A stretch of DNA of 64,000 nucleotides, taken from assembly GCA_040830765.1 (NCBI GenBank), contig JBFOMH010000019.1, forward strand, positions 64,001-128,000, in the 5' to 3' direction. A program made the translations under genes and the position numbers. The notes beneath the pieces were generated by a model. It searched no databases. It had not been told where the DNA came from and saw nothing but the letters and a program-made list of their open reading frames with translations. This document shows positions 17,441 through 26,928 of the stretch, piece after piece (the stretch's first letter is position 1; the number at the start of each line of letters is the position of its first letter). This DNA comes from Puniceicoccaceae bacterium (lineage in GTDB: Bacteria > Verrucomicrobiota > Verrucomicrobiia > Opitutales > Oceanipulchritudinaceae).

Positions 17441-20400
17441 TCCAGTTCCAGGAAGCGCCGCAGAAATACCCGCTCCGTGGCGGGCAATTGGAACGATTCG
17501 ACGCTCCAGTCAATCGTGCTGTCAATCGCTGAAACAGTCGTGCCGAGGGACTGAATTTCCGACCAAGCGGAAAGGTCCTCAGACCAGAAGTACCGGGGCC
17601 GGACACGCTCGGAGTCCCGTGTCTGATGGCCGAAAGCTATCCGCCACAAGCCTTCTGGGCTAAAGTCTTCCAGGACAACCGAATAAGGCGATATATCGGG
17701 CATTTCCGGATTGGTATTTTCCCAGAACTCATGCACGTTGGTACGGCCGTCAAAGTCGGTATCCGCCTGTGGCAAGGCGGCCAAGCCGGTGAGGGATGTT
17801 GCTGCCAACCAGGTATCAAGTGGGCTTAATGTGACCGTGAGGCTGAGGCTGATGTCGAGACTGGCACCGAGGGGATCCGCCACCTGCAATTCCAGCAGGT
17901 CGGTTCCGTCATCCTCTCCCCCCGGGGTTCCCTGCAAGCGGCCGTCCTTGAAAATCACCAGCCAATCCGGTCCGGATATCTTTCTGAAAATAAGCGGATC
18001 GGCATCCGGATCGGTAAAGTGACTTGAGAGATCCGCCTCCATGGGAACATTCGTTGATGCCGAGAGGGTTGCTGGTGGCGGACTAACTTCCTCCGGTGCA
18101 CGGTTAAGCGGGCCCTTGGCCACCCGCAGAAAGGATTCATTTGGTGAACCCCTCGCGGTAATGTCGGCCCGGGAGTTGGTGGTCTCGGTGATTGCAAAAC
18201 TGTAGGTGCCGTTACCGGTAATGTGGCTACTGACATCCGCCACTGCCCATTCACCGGAGGTGGCCGTGACACTGGCCAAAAGCGAACCGATGACCGGAGC
18301 CGTGTTCCAGGTCAGCGTGCCTTCACTCCATGCATTTTCGACTGCATGGATTTCAAAGGTTCCGTTGTATCCGAGGCTTTCCACGTAAAGGTGCAATTGG
18401 GCACTGTCCGGCGGTTCGGAAAGGTCAGTGACGGAATATTTGAAAAACGCATATCGCCCAAAGTCGGATGTATCGGGGTCCCGCACTTGGACTGGGTTGC
18501 GGCTGCCATAGTTGGTATCTGGATTCTGTTCGTTGATGAAGGTGTCCCCGGTGGCAGTGAACTCAGACACACCGCCCCCCGAACCCATCTTGCGAACCGC
18601 CAGCTCGGCCGTGGAGAAGGCAACAATACCATCAGCGTCTGTGACCGAAAGGCTGAGGGAAGCGGGCCCGAGATGGGATTCATCCGGTGTGCCGCTAAGC
18701 AGGCCCTGCGGGGACAGGGAAACCCATGCCGGACCGGAGAGCATGGCAAAGGTAACGGGTGGCTTTCCGCCTTCCCCTAGCCAGGTGCTTAGGTCATCCT
18801 TGTAAGCCAGTCCGGCATACCCATCCGCCAACTGGAGCAGATCTGTGGTAAAGCCAATGGTAGACCGGAACTGGAGGGAACCAAACTCCATGTAGCCCCT
18901 TTCCGTGGGCGAAACCCCGGTCAGGCCAACAAAATGTCCCCCGAGGTTCTCCCAGGTGAATTCGGCCAGGAGAAACGTGTTTGCCGCATCATTCGAGCCA
19001 AAGATCTTCAATTGATCGCCTGTGCGCTGGATGCGAAGAATAGCAACTGCCGCTGTCACTACCCCGTCCCACACAAAGCTATCCTCCAGGGCTGGCGAGC
19101 CTGCCTGTGACCGGTTGCGGATGCGCACGGTTCCCCCGGCATCCATCGTCACGGATAGGGACCGGGCGTAGGGGGTCAGTTGTTCACGCAGGTTGATGCC
19201 GGCCTCTCCCAGACCCATGACATCCTCCACGGAAACGGATATCGTGTAGTCATCATCCCGATACTGGGCTTGCAGCGGGAGGTTGTCCGATGCTCCGTCG
19301 GAGAGGCTGCCCCCGTTTATGGCCCAACCGAGAATTCCATCGAAGCGGTCAACCACGTAATCGGCATCAACATCGCCTACCGATCCCGGCAAAAGGCCGT
19401 ATCGGCTCCAATTCGGGAACCCAGGCTCGGGCTCAACTGTGAGGTTTAGTTCAGCGCTGTCAGTTTTGCCCGATTGGTCCCGCACAGTGTAAGTCAAGAC
19501 CTCCCCACCCAGCTTCCCGGGGATGGGTTTATAATGGATTCGGTTTCCAACGATAGTGACGGTTGCCAGGTTACTAGGGCCGACGGAATCAATAGCCAGG
19601 CCCTCCCCCTCATCATTGAGGAGAACATGAATGGAGCGCGTTTCGGATGCCCTCAGGCGGACGGTGTCGTCTGTAGCTTGCAGCGGCATCGGCCAATCGG
19701 CCCCCATGGTCGTGGCATTGACCGTGGACGCGGTTTTCCAGCCGCCCATGTTATGGGCAATAACAGAATAGCTGTACAAGCTGCTGCTCATGAGGCCGCG
19801 GTCACGGTAGCTAGTTGCATCGGGTGGCGTTACATGGATCTCCTTGAAGTAGGATTCACCCGGACCCTTCCGCATGATGATGAAGGCTGTTTCGTTGCTG
19901 GAATTGTCGGTCCAGGACAGATCGATAACGCTGCGGGCAATCGGGGTTGCGGAAACTGAACTGGGGGCAGACTGCGGTGCCAGGGGAATAGTCATGTAGC
20001 TCTCCAGGTTGCTCACTTCCGTCGACCAGTTGTTGGTTGACGGCGTCGGGACCTTCACTCCGGCATCATTTCGGATGCGGACATACTCGGTCAGCATCTC
20101 GTTGGCCAGCGTCGGCATGGAATCAAAGAGATCGGTTGTTTCCCCCGGATCGGCAACGAAATCATACAGCTCCGCAAAATGGCGATTGATATGGTAGGCC
20201 AGCTTGTAGCGGCCTTTCCGGTACGCGCCCATGGTTGTGCTGCCGGTGCCGTCGCTGATACCGGTAAAGTGATGCGCAGTTTCCGTCCGGGGGGCGAGCG
20301 CGCCATCGATCACCGCTGGCAGGAAGCTGATGGAATCGATGTGCTGGGAAGGCACCTCGGGGACACTGCCCATTTCCAAAAAGGTCCTGTAGAAGTCAGC

Positions 20401-21783
20401 ACCATGGACAAACGCCTCGGTTCTCATACCGGCCTGGGTCACACCGGGCCAGTAAACAATCAATGGAATGCGCAGCCCGCCGTCGTAGCACCAGGTCTTG
20501 CCAAGGCGGAAGGGAAAATTGCTGGTCGGGAATTGGTCCGGAGCGTTGTTCTTGTCCGCGTCAAAGGTGCTCTTTCCACCATGGTCCGAGCTGATGACGA
20601 TAATTGTCCTGTCGGCGATGCCCTGCAGTTCCAACTCTTCCCTTAGTCCGGCCAGGCTGTCATCATAGCTCTTCATCATCGCGGCATAGACAATGTTGTC
20701 CTGCCAAATGCGCACATCGGCCGTGTAGTCCTCAACCAGCTGGCTTCCACCCGGATGGTAGCTGAAATCGACATTGTCCCGCTTCTGGGTAAAGTAGCTA
20801 ACATCCGCCGGCTTGGCCTCCAGGGGTGTATGCACCGCGTAGTGGCTCAGGATCATGAAAAAGGGCTGGCCGGCATGGTTGGTCATATGATCGGAGATAA
20901 AGCCCCTTGCCTCGGAAGTCAGGCGATCGGTCAGGTACTCATCCGCATTGGCTGCAGGTCCGAGGTTGGGCAGATTGTAGGAAAGTGTTCCGGGATCCGG
21001 GAAGTAACTGTTGTTTGGAGCACCGTATTCTCCCGCGGCAATGCTGACATCATAGCCTTGGTGCTCCGGAGCCTTCCCTTCTGCTTGTGATCCAAGATGC
21101 CATTTGCCGATAAAGCAGGTCCGGTAGCCGCCGGCCTGCATAGCCTCTCCAACAGTAATCTCCGACGGATCGATCCCGCCCCCACTGCCAATGGCCTCCG
21201 GACGAAAATCATACATGCCAGTCTGCAACGAACGCCGCGCCACCACGCAGCGTGGTCCGGAAGCGTAGGCGTTGGTAAAGGTCACGGCCTGGCTAACAAG
21301 GGTGTCCAGAGCAGGGGTCTCATGGATCGTCGGGCCATCTGTCGCCTCTTCCCGCAGCGCCACGATGTCCTTGTAGCCCATGTCATCCGCCAGCAGGAAA
21401 ATGATGTTCATCGGCTCAGCCGCCTCGCCACTCACCGGGCCGGCCCAGGCGGATTCACCAGCCGCGTTGAAGGCCCGGACTCGGAACTCCGGCGAAACCC
21501 CACTGGTGTCCCCCGATACCAACAGCAGCTGCGTGTTCGGGCCCAGTTCAGCGATCTTGACCCAGCTGTTCCCCTCGTTGCGCTCTATCTCAAGGCCTGC
21601 CTCATCCGCTGCCCGATCTTCCCAACGGAGGAGCCAGGTTCCGGCTCCGGCAGGGGTGACAGTCATCTCCCGGGGACCAGCAGGTGTCCCCAAGGCAAGG
21701 ATTTCGGGAGCTGAAAATCCGCTACTGGCTGGAAGCGCTAAAAACAATGAAGCAAGAAGAGATATCGGACTATGCCATCTCAT
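17437..21783 (-). CDS. Large secreted multidomain sulfatase (FN3-like, S1 sulfatase, FN3, Ig-like, DNRLRE/CBM96-like module, C-terminal DxDxDG tail)
   Basis: Signal peptide from MRWHSP; NIIFLLADDMG, PRCVVARRSLQTG, GKWHLG, SDHGG; LSWTDNSSNE (FN3); DTFINEQNPDTNYG...WSEGTLTWNTAP; two GLLSGTP/GRLQGTP Ig repeats. Confidence 0.88.
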   Translation of the reverse strand: MRWHSPISLLASLFLALPASSGFSAPEILALGTPAGPREMTVTPAGAGTWLLRWEDRAADEAGLEIERNEGNSWVKIAELGPNTQLLLVSGDTSGVSPEFRVRAFNAAGESAWAGPVSGEAAEPMNIIFLLADDMGYKDIVALREEATDGPTIHETPALDTLVSQAVTFTNAYASGPRCVVARRSLQTGMYDFRPEAIGSGGGIDPSEITVGEAMQAGGYRTCFIGKWHLGSQAEGKAPEHQGYDVSIAAGEYGAPNNSYFPDPGTLSYNLPNLGPAANADEYLTDRLTSEARGFISDHMTNHAGQPFFMILSHYAVHTPLEAKPADVSYFTQKRDNVDFSYHPGGSQLVEDYTADVRIWQDNIVYAAMMKSYDDSLAGLREELELQGIADRTIIVISSDHGGKSTFDADKNNAPDQFPTSNFPFRLGKTWCYDGGLRIPLIVYWPGVTQAGMRTEAFVHGADFYRTFLEMGSVPEVPSQHIDSISFLPAVIDGALAPRTETAHHFTGISDGTGSTTMGAYRKGRYKLAYHINRHFAELYDFVADPGETTDLFDSMPTLANEMLTEYVRIRNDAGVKVPTPSTNNWSTEVSNLESYMTIPLAPQSAPSSVSATPIARSVIDLSWTDNSSNETAFIIMRKGPGESYFKEIHVTPPDATSYRDRGLMSSSLYSYSVIAHNMGGWKTASTVNATTMGADWPMPLQATDDTVRLRASETRSIHVLLNDEGEGLAIDSVGPSNLATVTIVGNRIHYKPIPGKLGGEVLTYTVRDQSGKTDSAELNLTVEPEPGFPNWSRYGLLPGSVGDVDADYVVDRFDGILGWAINGGSLSDGASDNLPLQAQYRDDDYTISVSVEDVMGLGEAGINLREQLTPYARSLSVTMDAGGTVRIRNRSQAGSPALEDSFVWDGVVTAAVAILRIQRTGDQLKIFGSNDAANTFLLAEFTWENLGGHFVGLTGVSPTERGYMEFGSLQFRSTIGFTTDLLQLADGYAGLAYKDDLSTWLGEGGKPPVTFAMLSGPAWVSLSPQGLLSGTPDESHLGPASLSLSVTDADGIVAFSTAELAVRKMGSGGGVSEFTATGDTFINEQNPDTNYGSRNPVQVRDPDTSDFGRYAFFKYSVTDLSEPPDSAQLHLYVESLGYNGTFEIHAVENAWSEGTLTWNTAPVIGSLLASVTATSGEWAVADVSSHITGNGTYSFAITETTNSRADITARGSPNESFLRVAKGPLNRAPEEVSPPPATLSASTNVPMEADLSSHFTDPDADPLIFRKISGPDWLVIFKDGRLQGTPGGEDDGTDLLELQVADPLGASLDISLSLTVTLSPLDTWLAATSLTGLAALPQADTDFDGRTNVHEFWENTNPEMPDISPYSVVLEDFSPEGLWRIAFGHQTRDSERVRPRYFWSEDLSAWSEIQSLGTTVSAIDSTIDWSVESFQLPATERVFLRRFLELD

Positions 21784-21818
21784 AACATCACCCACCATTC
21801 TTGCCGCAGAACCCCAAA

Positions 21819-21870
21819 AAACGAAGGAATAGAACAGTGAAATCCTGTCCGCAACCACTGAATTCTGTCC
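21819..21870 (-). promoter_or_regulatory. Regulon operator site B
   Basis: Minus strand GAATTCAG-N13-GATTTCACTGTT-N8-TCGTTT upstream of the large sulfatase (weaker match). Confidence 0.55.
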
Positions 21871-21879
21871 CCTGTTTCA

Positions 21880-21912
21880 AATAATAAAGCCACCCGGCTG
21901 GCCGGGTGGCTT
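21880..21912 (-). terminator. Rho-independent terminator after the PEP-CTERM gene
   Basis: Minus strand AAGCCACCCGG-cca-gCCGGGTGGCTT-TATTATT. Confidence 0.8.
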
Positions 21913-21937
21913 GGAAAAATTGATTAGGCAAAACGTC

Positions 21938-22747
21938 TCAGCGACCAGTGCGGCGGTAGAAAACAAATCCCAAGGCCAGGAGACCAGTCAGGAAGGCAAA
22001 AGTGCCCGCCTCCGGAACCACAACACTCAATCCCATTTCGTCAACACTCACGGAATTCGCAGCACCCGCCCAGGCGCCGCTTTTGACATAAACCAGTTGC
22101 CCGATGTCAGTGCCGTTGAAATCCGAGAAGGAATGGGTTTCAACTCCATCCACGAGATAACGGACTGTATTGAGATCAAAATCAAACTCGACGGAAACTT
22201 CAACGGAAGTCGCACTGGCAAGACCCAGTGTGACGACCTCCCGGAACGCGCTTCCAGAATCAAGGGAAGTTGCTCCTCTCACCCGGACGACCGAGTCCGA
22301 TTGAACATTCCAGATAATCTGGGCAATTGAGTTGGAACCTCCAGAGTCATTGACAGCAAGCTTCCACGTATCTCCGACACTTGCCGCATCCATGTTCCAG
22401 GAGTTAAAATTCACGGAAAGGATGTATTTTCCAGTCGTTACTGGTGCATCGTAGATGTTGTTGTCATTGGCATCGTTCGGACCCAGCGCATCCGGAAGCT
22501 TGCGGGTGGTTGTGCCGCTATCGCCAGCAAGCACGAATAGTCCTGCACCATCGGCTATATCATTGAAGCTGGTTGTGTTGAAGTTCCAGCTGGAACCCCA
22601 GGAACCGGAGTTGGTGGCATCCCTCAAGCCCGCTCCGCTCGAATCTGAATCAAAGGTCCAATATTCGAGCGCGGTGATGATTTGGGCACTGAGCGCACCG
22701 GCTATCAGGCAGGCACTTAAGGTGGTAATCGCGGTTTTAATTTTCAT
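21938..22747 (-). CDS. PEP-CTERM-type surface protein
   Basis: Signal peptide MKIKTAITTLSACLIAGALSA; C-term VPEAGTFAFLTGLLALGFVFYRRTGR (PEP-like motif, TM helix, basic tail). Confidence 0.9.
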   Translation of the reverse strand: MKIKTAITTLSACLIAGALSAQIITALEYWTFDSDSSGAGLRDATNSGSWGSSWNFNTTSFNDIADGAGLFVLAGDSGTTTRKLPDALGPNDANDNNIYDAPVTTGKYILSVNFNSWNMDAASVGDTWKLAVNDSGGSNSIAQIIWNVQSDSVVRVRGATSLDSGSAFREVVTLGLASATSVEVSVEFDFDLNTVRYLVDGVETHSFSDFNGTDIGQLVYVKSGAWAGAANSVSVDEMGLSVVVPEAGTFAFLTGLLALGFVFYRRTGR

Positions 22748-22818
22748 GATAAGGAGGTGACTAGGTAGTTACTAAGCTGATGAGTGAATCTAAAAAGTAA
22801 CGCCCCGGGGCATGGAAT

Positions 22819-22870
22819 TGTAAATAAGCGATAGCATTGAATATCAGCAGCGTAAGACTGAAAACAGGTA
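22819..22870 (-). promoter_or_regulatory. Regulon operator site C
   Basis: Minus strand GTTTTCAG-N13-ATATTCAATGCT-N8-TTTACA. Confidence 0.65.
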
Positions 22871-22972
22871 CAGGCCATATCCCGGCAGCAATGCAACATG
22901 TTGCATATTATTCGTTTAGCCGAAAATGGGAATTTTGCTGCGAAAAGGTTCAGGGAGGCATAGACCAGAAGG

Positions 22973-23965
22973 ATGAACAAAGGATTGGCCTCAACTATCA
23001 CGCTCTCCTGCCTGTTGATTCCCTGGTTGGCAATGGGGTCGAGCAGGATGATGACCGACCACGGCTACGAAAACCTCATTGAACTGGACAACGGGACCTG
23101 CCGGGTGGTGCTGGAGCCAAATATGGGCGGGCGTGTTTTGAATTACCAGTTCCAAGGTGTGGAGGTGCTCTACCAGGACCCGGAACAGGCGGGGCTGCGC
23201 CCGGACAAGGACGAATGGGTTCCCTTGATCGCAGGAGGTCGGTTTGACTTTGGCCCTTCCTTCTATCAGCGCCCACGCGGCACCCTGTGGCAGGGGGAGT
23301 GGAAAGGGGAAATAACCGGCGAGCTCTCGGCCCGCCTGACCAGCCAGGTGGATCCGGACTGCGGGGTACAGTTAATCCGGGAGTTCACGCTGGCTGAAGA
23401 GGGAACACACCTGCGCTGTGAGCAGACGATTATCAATCATACGAAGGACGTTCTATGGACGATGCACTGGAGCCGGACAATGGCGGTCGGTGGCGGTATT
23501 GCCTATGCCCCGATTCCCGACCAGGGACACTTTCCAAAGGGTTATGCCCTGAATGTCGAACCCCATGGAGCATTCAACTTCATCCCCGAAGAGGAACCGG
23601 ATGTGCGGATCAGGGATGGCGTCCTTGAGTTTCTCAAGGAGCCGTCCGCGCCAAAAACCATCTTCAACCTCGACGAAGCTTGGATGGCTTACCTGACGCG
23701 GGATGACATCTTGTTCGTAAAGACCTTCCCCTTTGATCCGGAGTGGCGCTATGGCGATCCGCCGCAGCACCATGCCTCTTACTGGTGGAAGGGCGAAAGA
23801 GCGACAGAGTTCGAGCCCAACGGACCCCTGGAGCAGATTCCTCCCGGTGGCCGGGCCAGTTTTCATGAAGACTGGTGGCTGGGACCCTTCCCCTTCCCGG
23901 AGGATAAGGTTGTTAATATAGCCAAGCTTCGCCAAGCTGTGGCAGACTTTTCAAGACAGCCATGA
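22973..23965 (+). CDS. Secreted galactose-mutarotase-like (DUF4380-like) protein
   Basis: IELDNG.CRVVLEPNMGGRVLNY, GGRFDFGP, EFEPNGPL..IPPG...HEDWWL pattern; signal-like N-terminus. Confidence 0.6.
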   Translation: MNKGLASTITLSCLLIPWLAMGSSRMMTDHGYENLIELDNGTCRVVLEPNMGGRVLNYQFQGVEVLYQDPEQAGLRPDKDEWVPLIAGGRFDFGPSFYQRPRGTLWQGEWKGEITGELSARLTSQVDPDCGVQLIREFTLAEEGTHLRCEQTIINHTKDVLWTMHWSRTMAVGGGIAYAPIPDQGHFPKGYALNVEPHGAFNFIPEEEPDVRIRDGVLEFLKEPSAPKTIFNLDEAWMAYLTRDDILFVKTFPFDPEWRYGDPPQHHASYWWKGERATEFEPNGPLEQIPPGGRASFHEDWWLGPFPFPEDKVVNIAKLRQAVADFSRQP

Positions 23966-25389
23966 AACGACTCCTGCCCCTATTGCCCCTGTTCCTGGTC
24001 CTGCAACTTTATTCCAAAGCCGAACTACCCAATATTCTCTTCATCCTTTCCGATGACCAGGCATGGGAGACGCTGGGCCTGCATGGTGGGGAAGTGAAGA
24101 CCCCCAACCTTGACCGGTTGGCTGCACAGGGAACCCTCTTCACCCACGCCTACAACATGGGGGGCTGGCACGGGGCGGTTTGTGTTGCCAGTCGAACGAT
24201 GCTGAACACGGGAAGATCTATCTGGCGGGCCCAAGCAGCTGAAGAGCGGATCCATCAAGGCGAAGAAGAGACCTTCTGGGCGGAACACTTGTCTGAAGCC
24301 GGATACACCACCTATATGTCGGGCAAATGGCATGTCAGAAAGCCGGCAGCAGACGCCTTTGACCACGTTGCGCATGTCCGTCCCGGAATGCCCAAGACGG
24401 TCCCGTCCGCTTATTTCCGTCCCGATCCGACAGGCCAGAACAGTTGGGCACCTGACGACAAATCGCTGGGCGGTTTCTGGGAAGGCGGCAAACACTGGAG
24501 CGAAGTGGTGGGTGATGACGGAGTCGCCTTCCTAAAACAGGCCGCGGGGAAGGAGGAGCCCTTCTTCATGTATCTCGCGTTCAACGCGCCGCACGACCCG
24601 CGCCAATCCCCGAAGGCATTCGTGGATATGTACCCGGTAGAGAACGTTAAAGTACCGGAAAACTTCCTTCCGGATTATCCCTACAAGGTCGAAATTGGCT
24701 GCTACAGTACAATCAGCAAGGGCCAACCGAGTTACCTTCGGGATGAAAAACTGGCTCCCTGGCCGCGGACAGAGGAGGCTATCCAGCTCCACCGGCAGGA
24801 GTATTACGCCATCATCACCCACATGGATAAACAGGTTGGGCGCATCCTCAAGGAACTCGAAGCAAGCGGGCAAAAGGAGGAAACAATCATCATTTTTACT
24901 TCCGACCATGGTCTCGCTGTCGGCCGCCATGGGCTCATGGGCAAGCAAAACATGTACGAGCATAGCCTGCGGGTTCCGTTGATCATTGCCGGACGGGACA
25001 TTCCCGCCGGCAAGCAGATCAATATCCCGGTCTACCTTCAGGATGTCATGCCAACATCACTACAATTGGCCGGGCAGGAAATCCCGCATTCCGTCGAATT
25101 CAAGAGCCTCCTTCCCTTGCTTGCCGGGGAGGAGACGATCCACTACCCTGCCCTCTATGGAGCCATGTGGCCAAACAAGCAGCGGGCGATCATCAAGGAT
25201 GGATGGAAGCTGATGCATTACCCAAAAGGTGATATCTACCGGCTCTATAACCTGCAAAAGGATCCGCTGGAAATGGATGACCTGGCTAATGATCCGAATC
25301 AGGCGGAGCGTGTTGTGGCACTGAAGGCAGGCCTGCGGGAGCTTCAACTGGGCATGGAGGATCCGCTTGTTGTGCAGAAGACGCCTTAA
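23962..25389 (+). CDS. Sulfatase (S1, CxAxR motif)
   Basis: NILFILSDDQ, AVCVASRTMLNTG, GKWH, FNAPHDP, SDHG, GKQNMYE. Confidence 0.93.
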   Translation: MKRLLPLLPLFLVLQLYSKAELPNILFILSDDQAWETLGLHGGEVKTPNLDRLAAQGTLFTHAYNMGGWHGAVCVASRTMLNTGRSIWRAQAAEERIHQGEEETFWAEHLSEAGYTTYMSGKWHVRKPAADAFDHVAHVRPGMPKTVPSAYFRPDPTGQNSWAPDDKSLGGFWEGGKHWSEVVGDDGVAFLKQAAGKEEPFFMYLAFNAPHDPRQSPKAFVDMYPVENVKVPENFLPDYPYKVEIGCYSTISKGQPSYLRDEKLAPWPRTEEAIQLHRQEYYAIITHMDKQVGRILKELEASGQKEETIIIFTSDHGLAVGRHGLMGKQNMYEHSLRVPLIIAGRDIPAGKQINIPVYLQDVMPTSLQLAGQEIPHSVEFKSLLPLLAGEETIHYPALYGAMWPNKQRAIIKDGWKLMHYPKGDIYRLYNLQKDPLEMDDLANDPNQAERVVALKAGLRELQLGMEDPLVVQKTP

Positions 25390-26912
25390 GCGGCATCCGG
25401 TTGCATCCAGTAGAGCTGCTCCCACCATTGTGCGCCGTCATTGTCCTGCATTGGCCCGGGCGTGCTTCTGCCCTCGAGGATGATCCGGTTCAGTTTTTCC
25501 AGCAGTTCCTGGACCTTGGTGGGATTCTCCTTCAGCAGGTTCCGCTTTTCTGATGGATCTTCAGCCAGGTTATAGAGGGACTGGTTTTCCGGACCCCGGC
25601 CCATGAGAAGTTTCCAGTCCCCATCGCGAAACGCCAGCCAGCCCCGGAAGTCCCTGTGTACCATCCCGTTACGGACATATTCTCCCGGTCGCCCCACCAG
25701 CAGAGGCATCATATTGAAGCTATCCACGGCCGCCTCGGGTTGAATAGGTTCGCCAACCAAGGCAGCACAGGTTGCGTAGAAATCGTTGAGGTTGCAAAGG
25801 CTTTTGGACAAGGAACCGGCATCCACCGAATCGGGCCAATGGACGATAAAGGGGACACGATGGCCACCTTCCCAGAGCGATGCCTTGCGACCCCTGAAGT
25901 GCAGGCTCGGATTGTGTCTAAATTCTTCCTCCATCTCCTCGGGAAAGGATGCTTTCGAGGCGCCATTGTCGGCGGTAAAAACAATCAGGGTGTTATCGAG
26001 TATGCCCTTGGCCTTCAGGGCAGCGACAACCTGACCGACGGTCCAGTCAATCTCGTGAATAAAATCGCCATAGATGCCGCATTCGCTGGTACCCTTGAAT
26101 GACTGACGCGGAACAACTGGCGTGTGCGGTGCGGTAAGAGGCAGGTAAAGAAAGAAGGGTGAATGTGTATCGGCATTCTCAATCACCTCGACCGCCTTGC
26201 GCGTCAATCCAAGCAGGATCTGGTCCGGCTCAAACCCCGGGACCTGCAAGCCGGCCCGCATCATCAGCTGTGGCTGGCCTGCCTTTTTACCGCCCTGGAA
26301 CGGTCGTTGCTCCGAGGGAACGGTCACTGCACGGTCGTTTTCCAACCAGGTGTAAGGCGGAAAATCAAGGGAAGCGTTAATGCCGAAGTAGTAATCAAAC
26401 CCGAAATCACAGGGGCCAGCCTTGAAGGGTGCGGCAAAGTCGATTAGCGGTTCGACTGCCTCGATTTCCCTTCCGAAGGATTCCCTCCATGTGCCGTCCT
26501 TGAGTTTCCAACTTATCCCCAGGTGCCACTTGCCGACCATCGCTGTTCTATAGCCGTGGCGCTTGAGGAGTGAGGCTACGGTATCCCGGCCCGGCTCGAT
26601 GAGACTCATGGAATAGCCGCCCAGAACACGGTCTTTTAGCCGACTGCGCCAACTGTAGCGGCCGGTTAGCAATCCATAGCGGGTTGGCGTGCAAACCGAG
26701 GCACTGGTATGGGCATCCGTGAAGCGCATACCTCCGCTTGCCAACCGGTCAATTTCAGGCGTGCGGACCTTGGCTTCCGGGTTATAGCAGGACAGGTCAC
26801 CTAGCCCCATGTCGTCCGCGAGGATGTAGACGATATTTGGATGATTGCAGTAACCGGATAATGGCAGTAACACCATCAGGCCAATCGCACGGGTGACGGA
26901 TATTGTCTTCAT
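25386..26912 (-). CDS. Arylsulfatase (S1)
   Basis: NIVYILADDMG, VCTPTRYGLLTGRY, GKWHLG, ADNG, WEGGHRVP; start at MKTISV. Confidence 0.93.
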   Translation of the reverse strand: MKTISVTRAIGLMVLLPLSGYCNHPNIVYILADDMGLGDLSCYNPEAKVRTPEIDRLASGGMRFTDAHTSASVCTPTRYGLLTGRYSWRSRLKDRVLGGYSMSLIEPGRDTVASLLKRHGYRTAMVGKWHLGISWKLKDGTWRESFGREIEAVEPLIDFAAPFKAGPCDFGFDYYFGINASLDFPPYTWLENDRAVTVPSEQRPFQGGKKAGQPQLMMRAGLQVPGFEPDQILLGLTRKAVEVIENADTHSPFFLYLPLTAPHTPVVPRQSFKGTSECGIYGDFIHEIDWTVGQVVAALKAKGILDNTLIVFTADNGASKASFPEEMEEEFRHNPSLHFRGRKASLWEGGHRVPFIVHWPDSVDAGSLSKSLCNLNDFYATCAALVGEPIQPEAAVDSFNMMPLLVGRPGEYVRNGMVHRDFRGWLAFRDGDWKLLMGRGPENQSLYNLAEDPSEKRNLLKENPTKVQELLEKLNRIILEGRSTPGPMQDNDGAQWWEQLYWMQPDAA

Positions 26913-26928
26913 TCTTCCAGGCATATAT

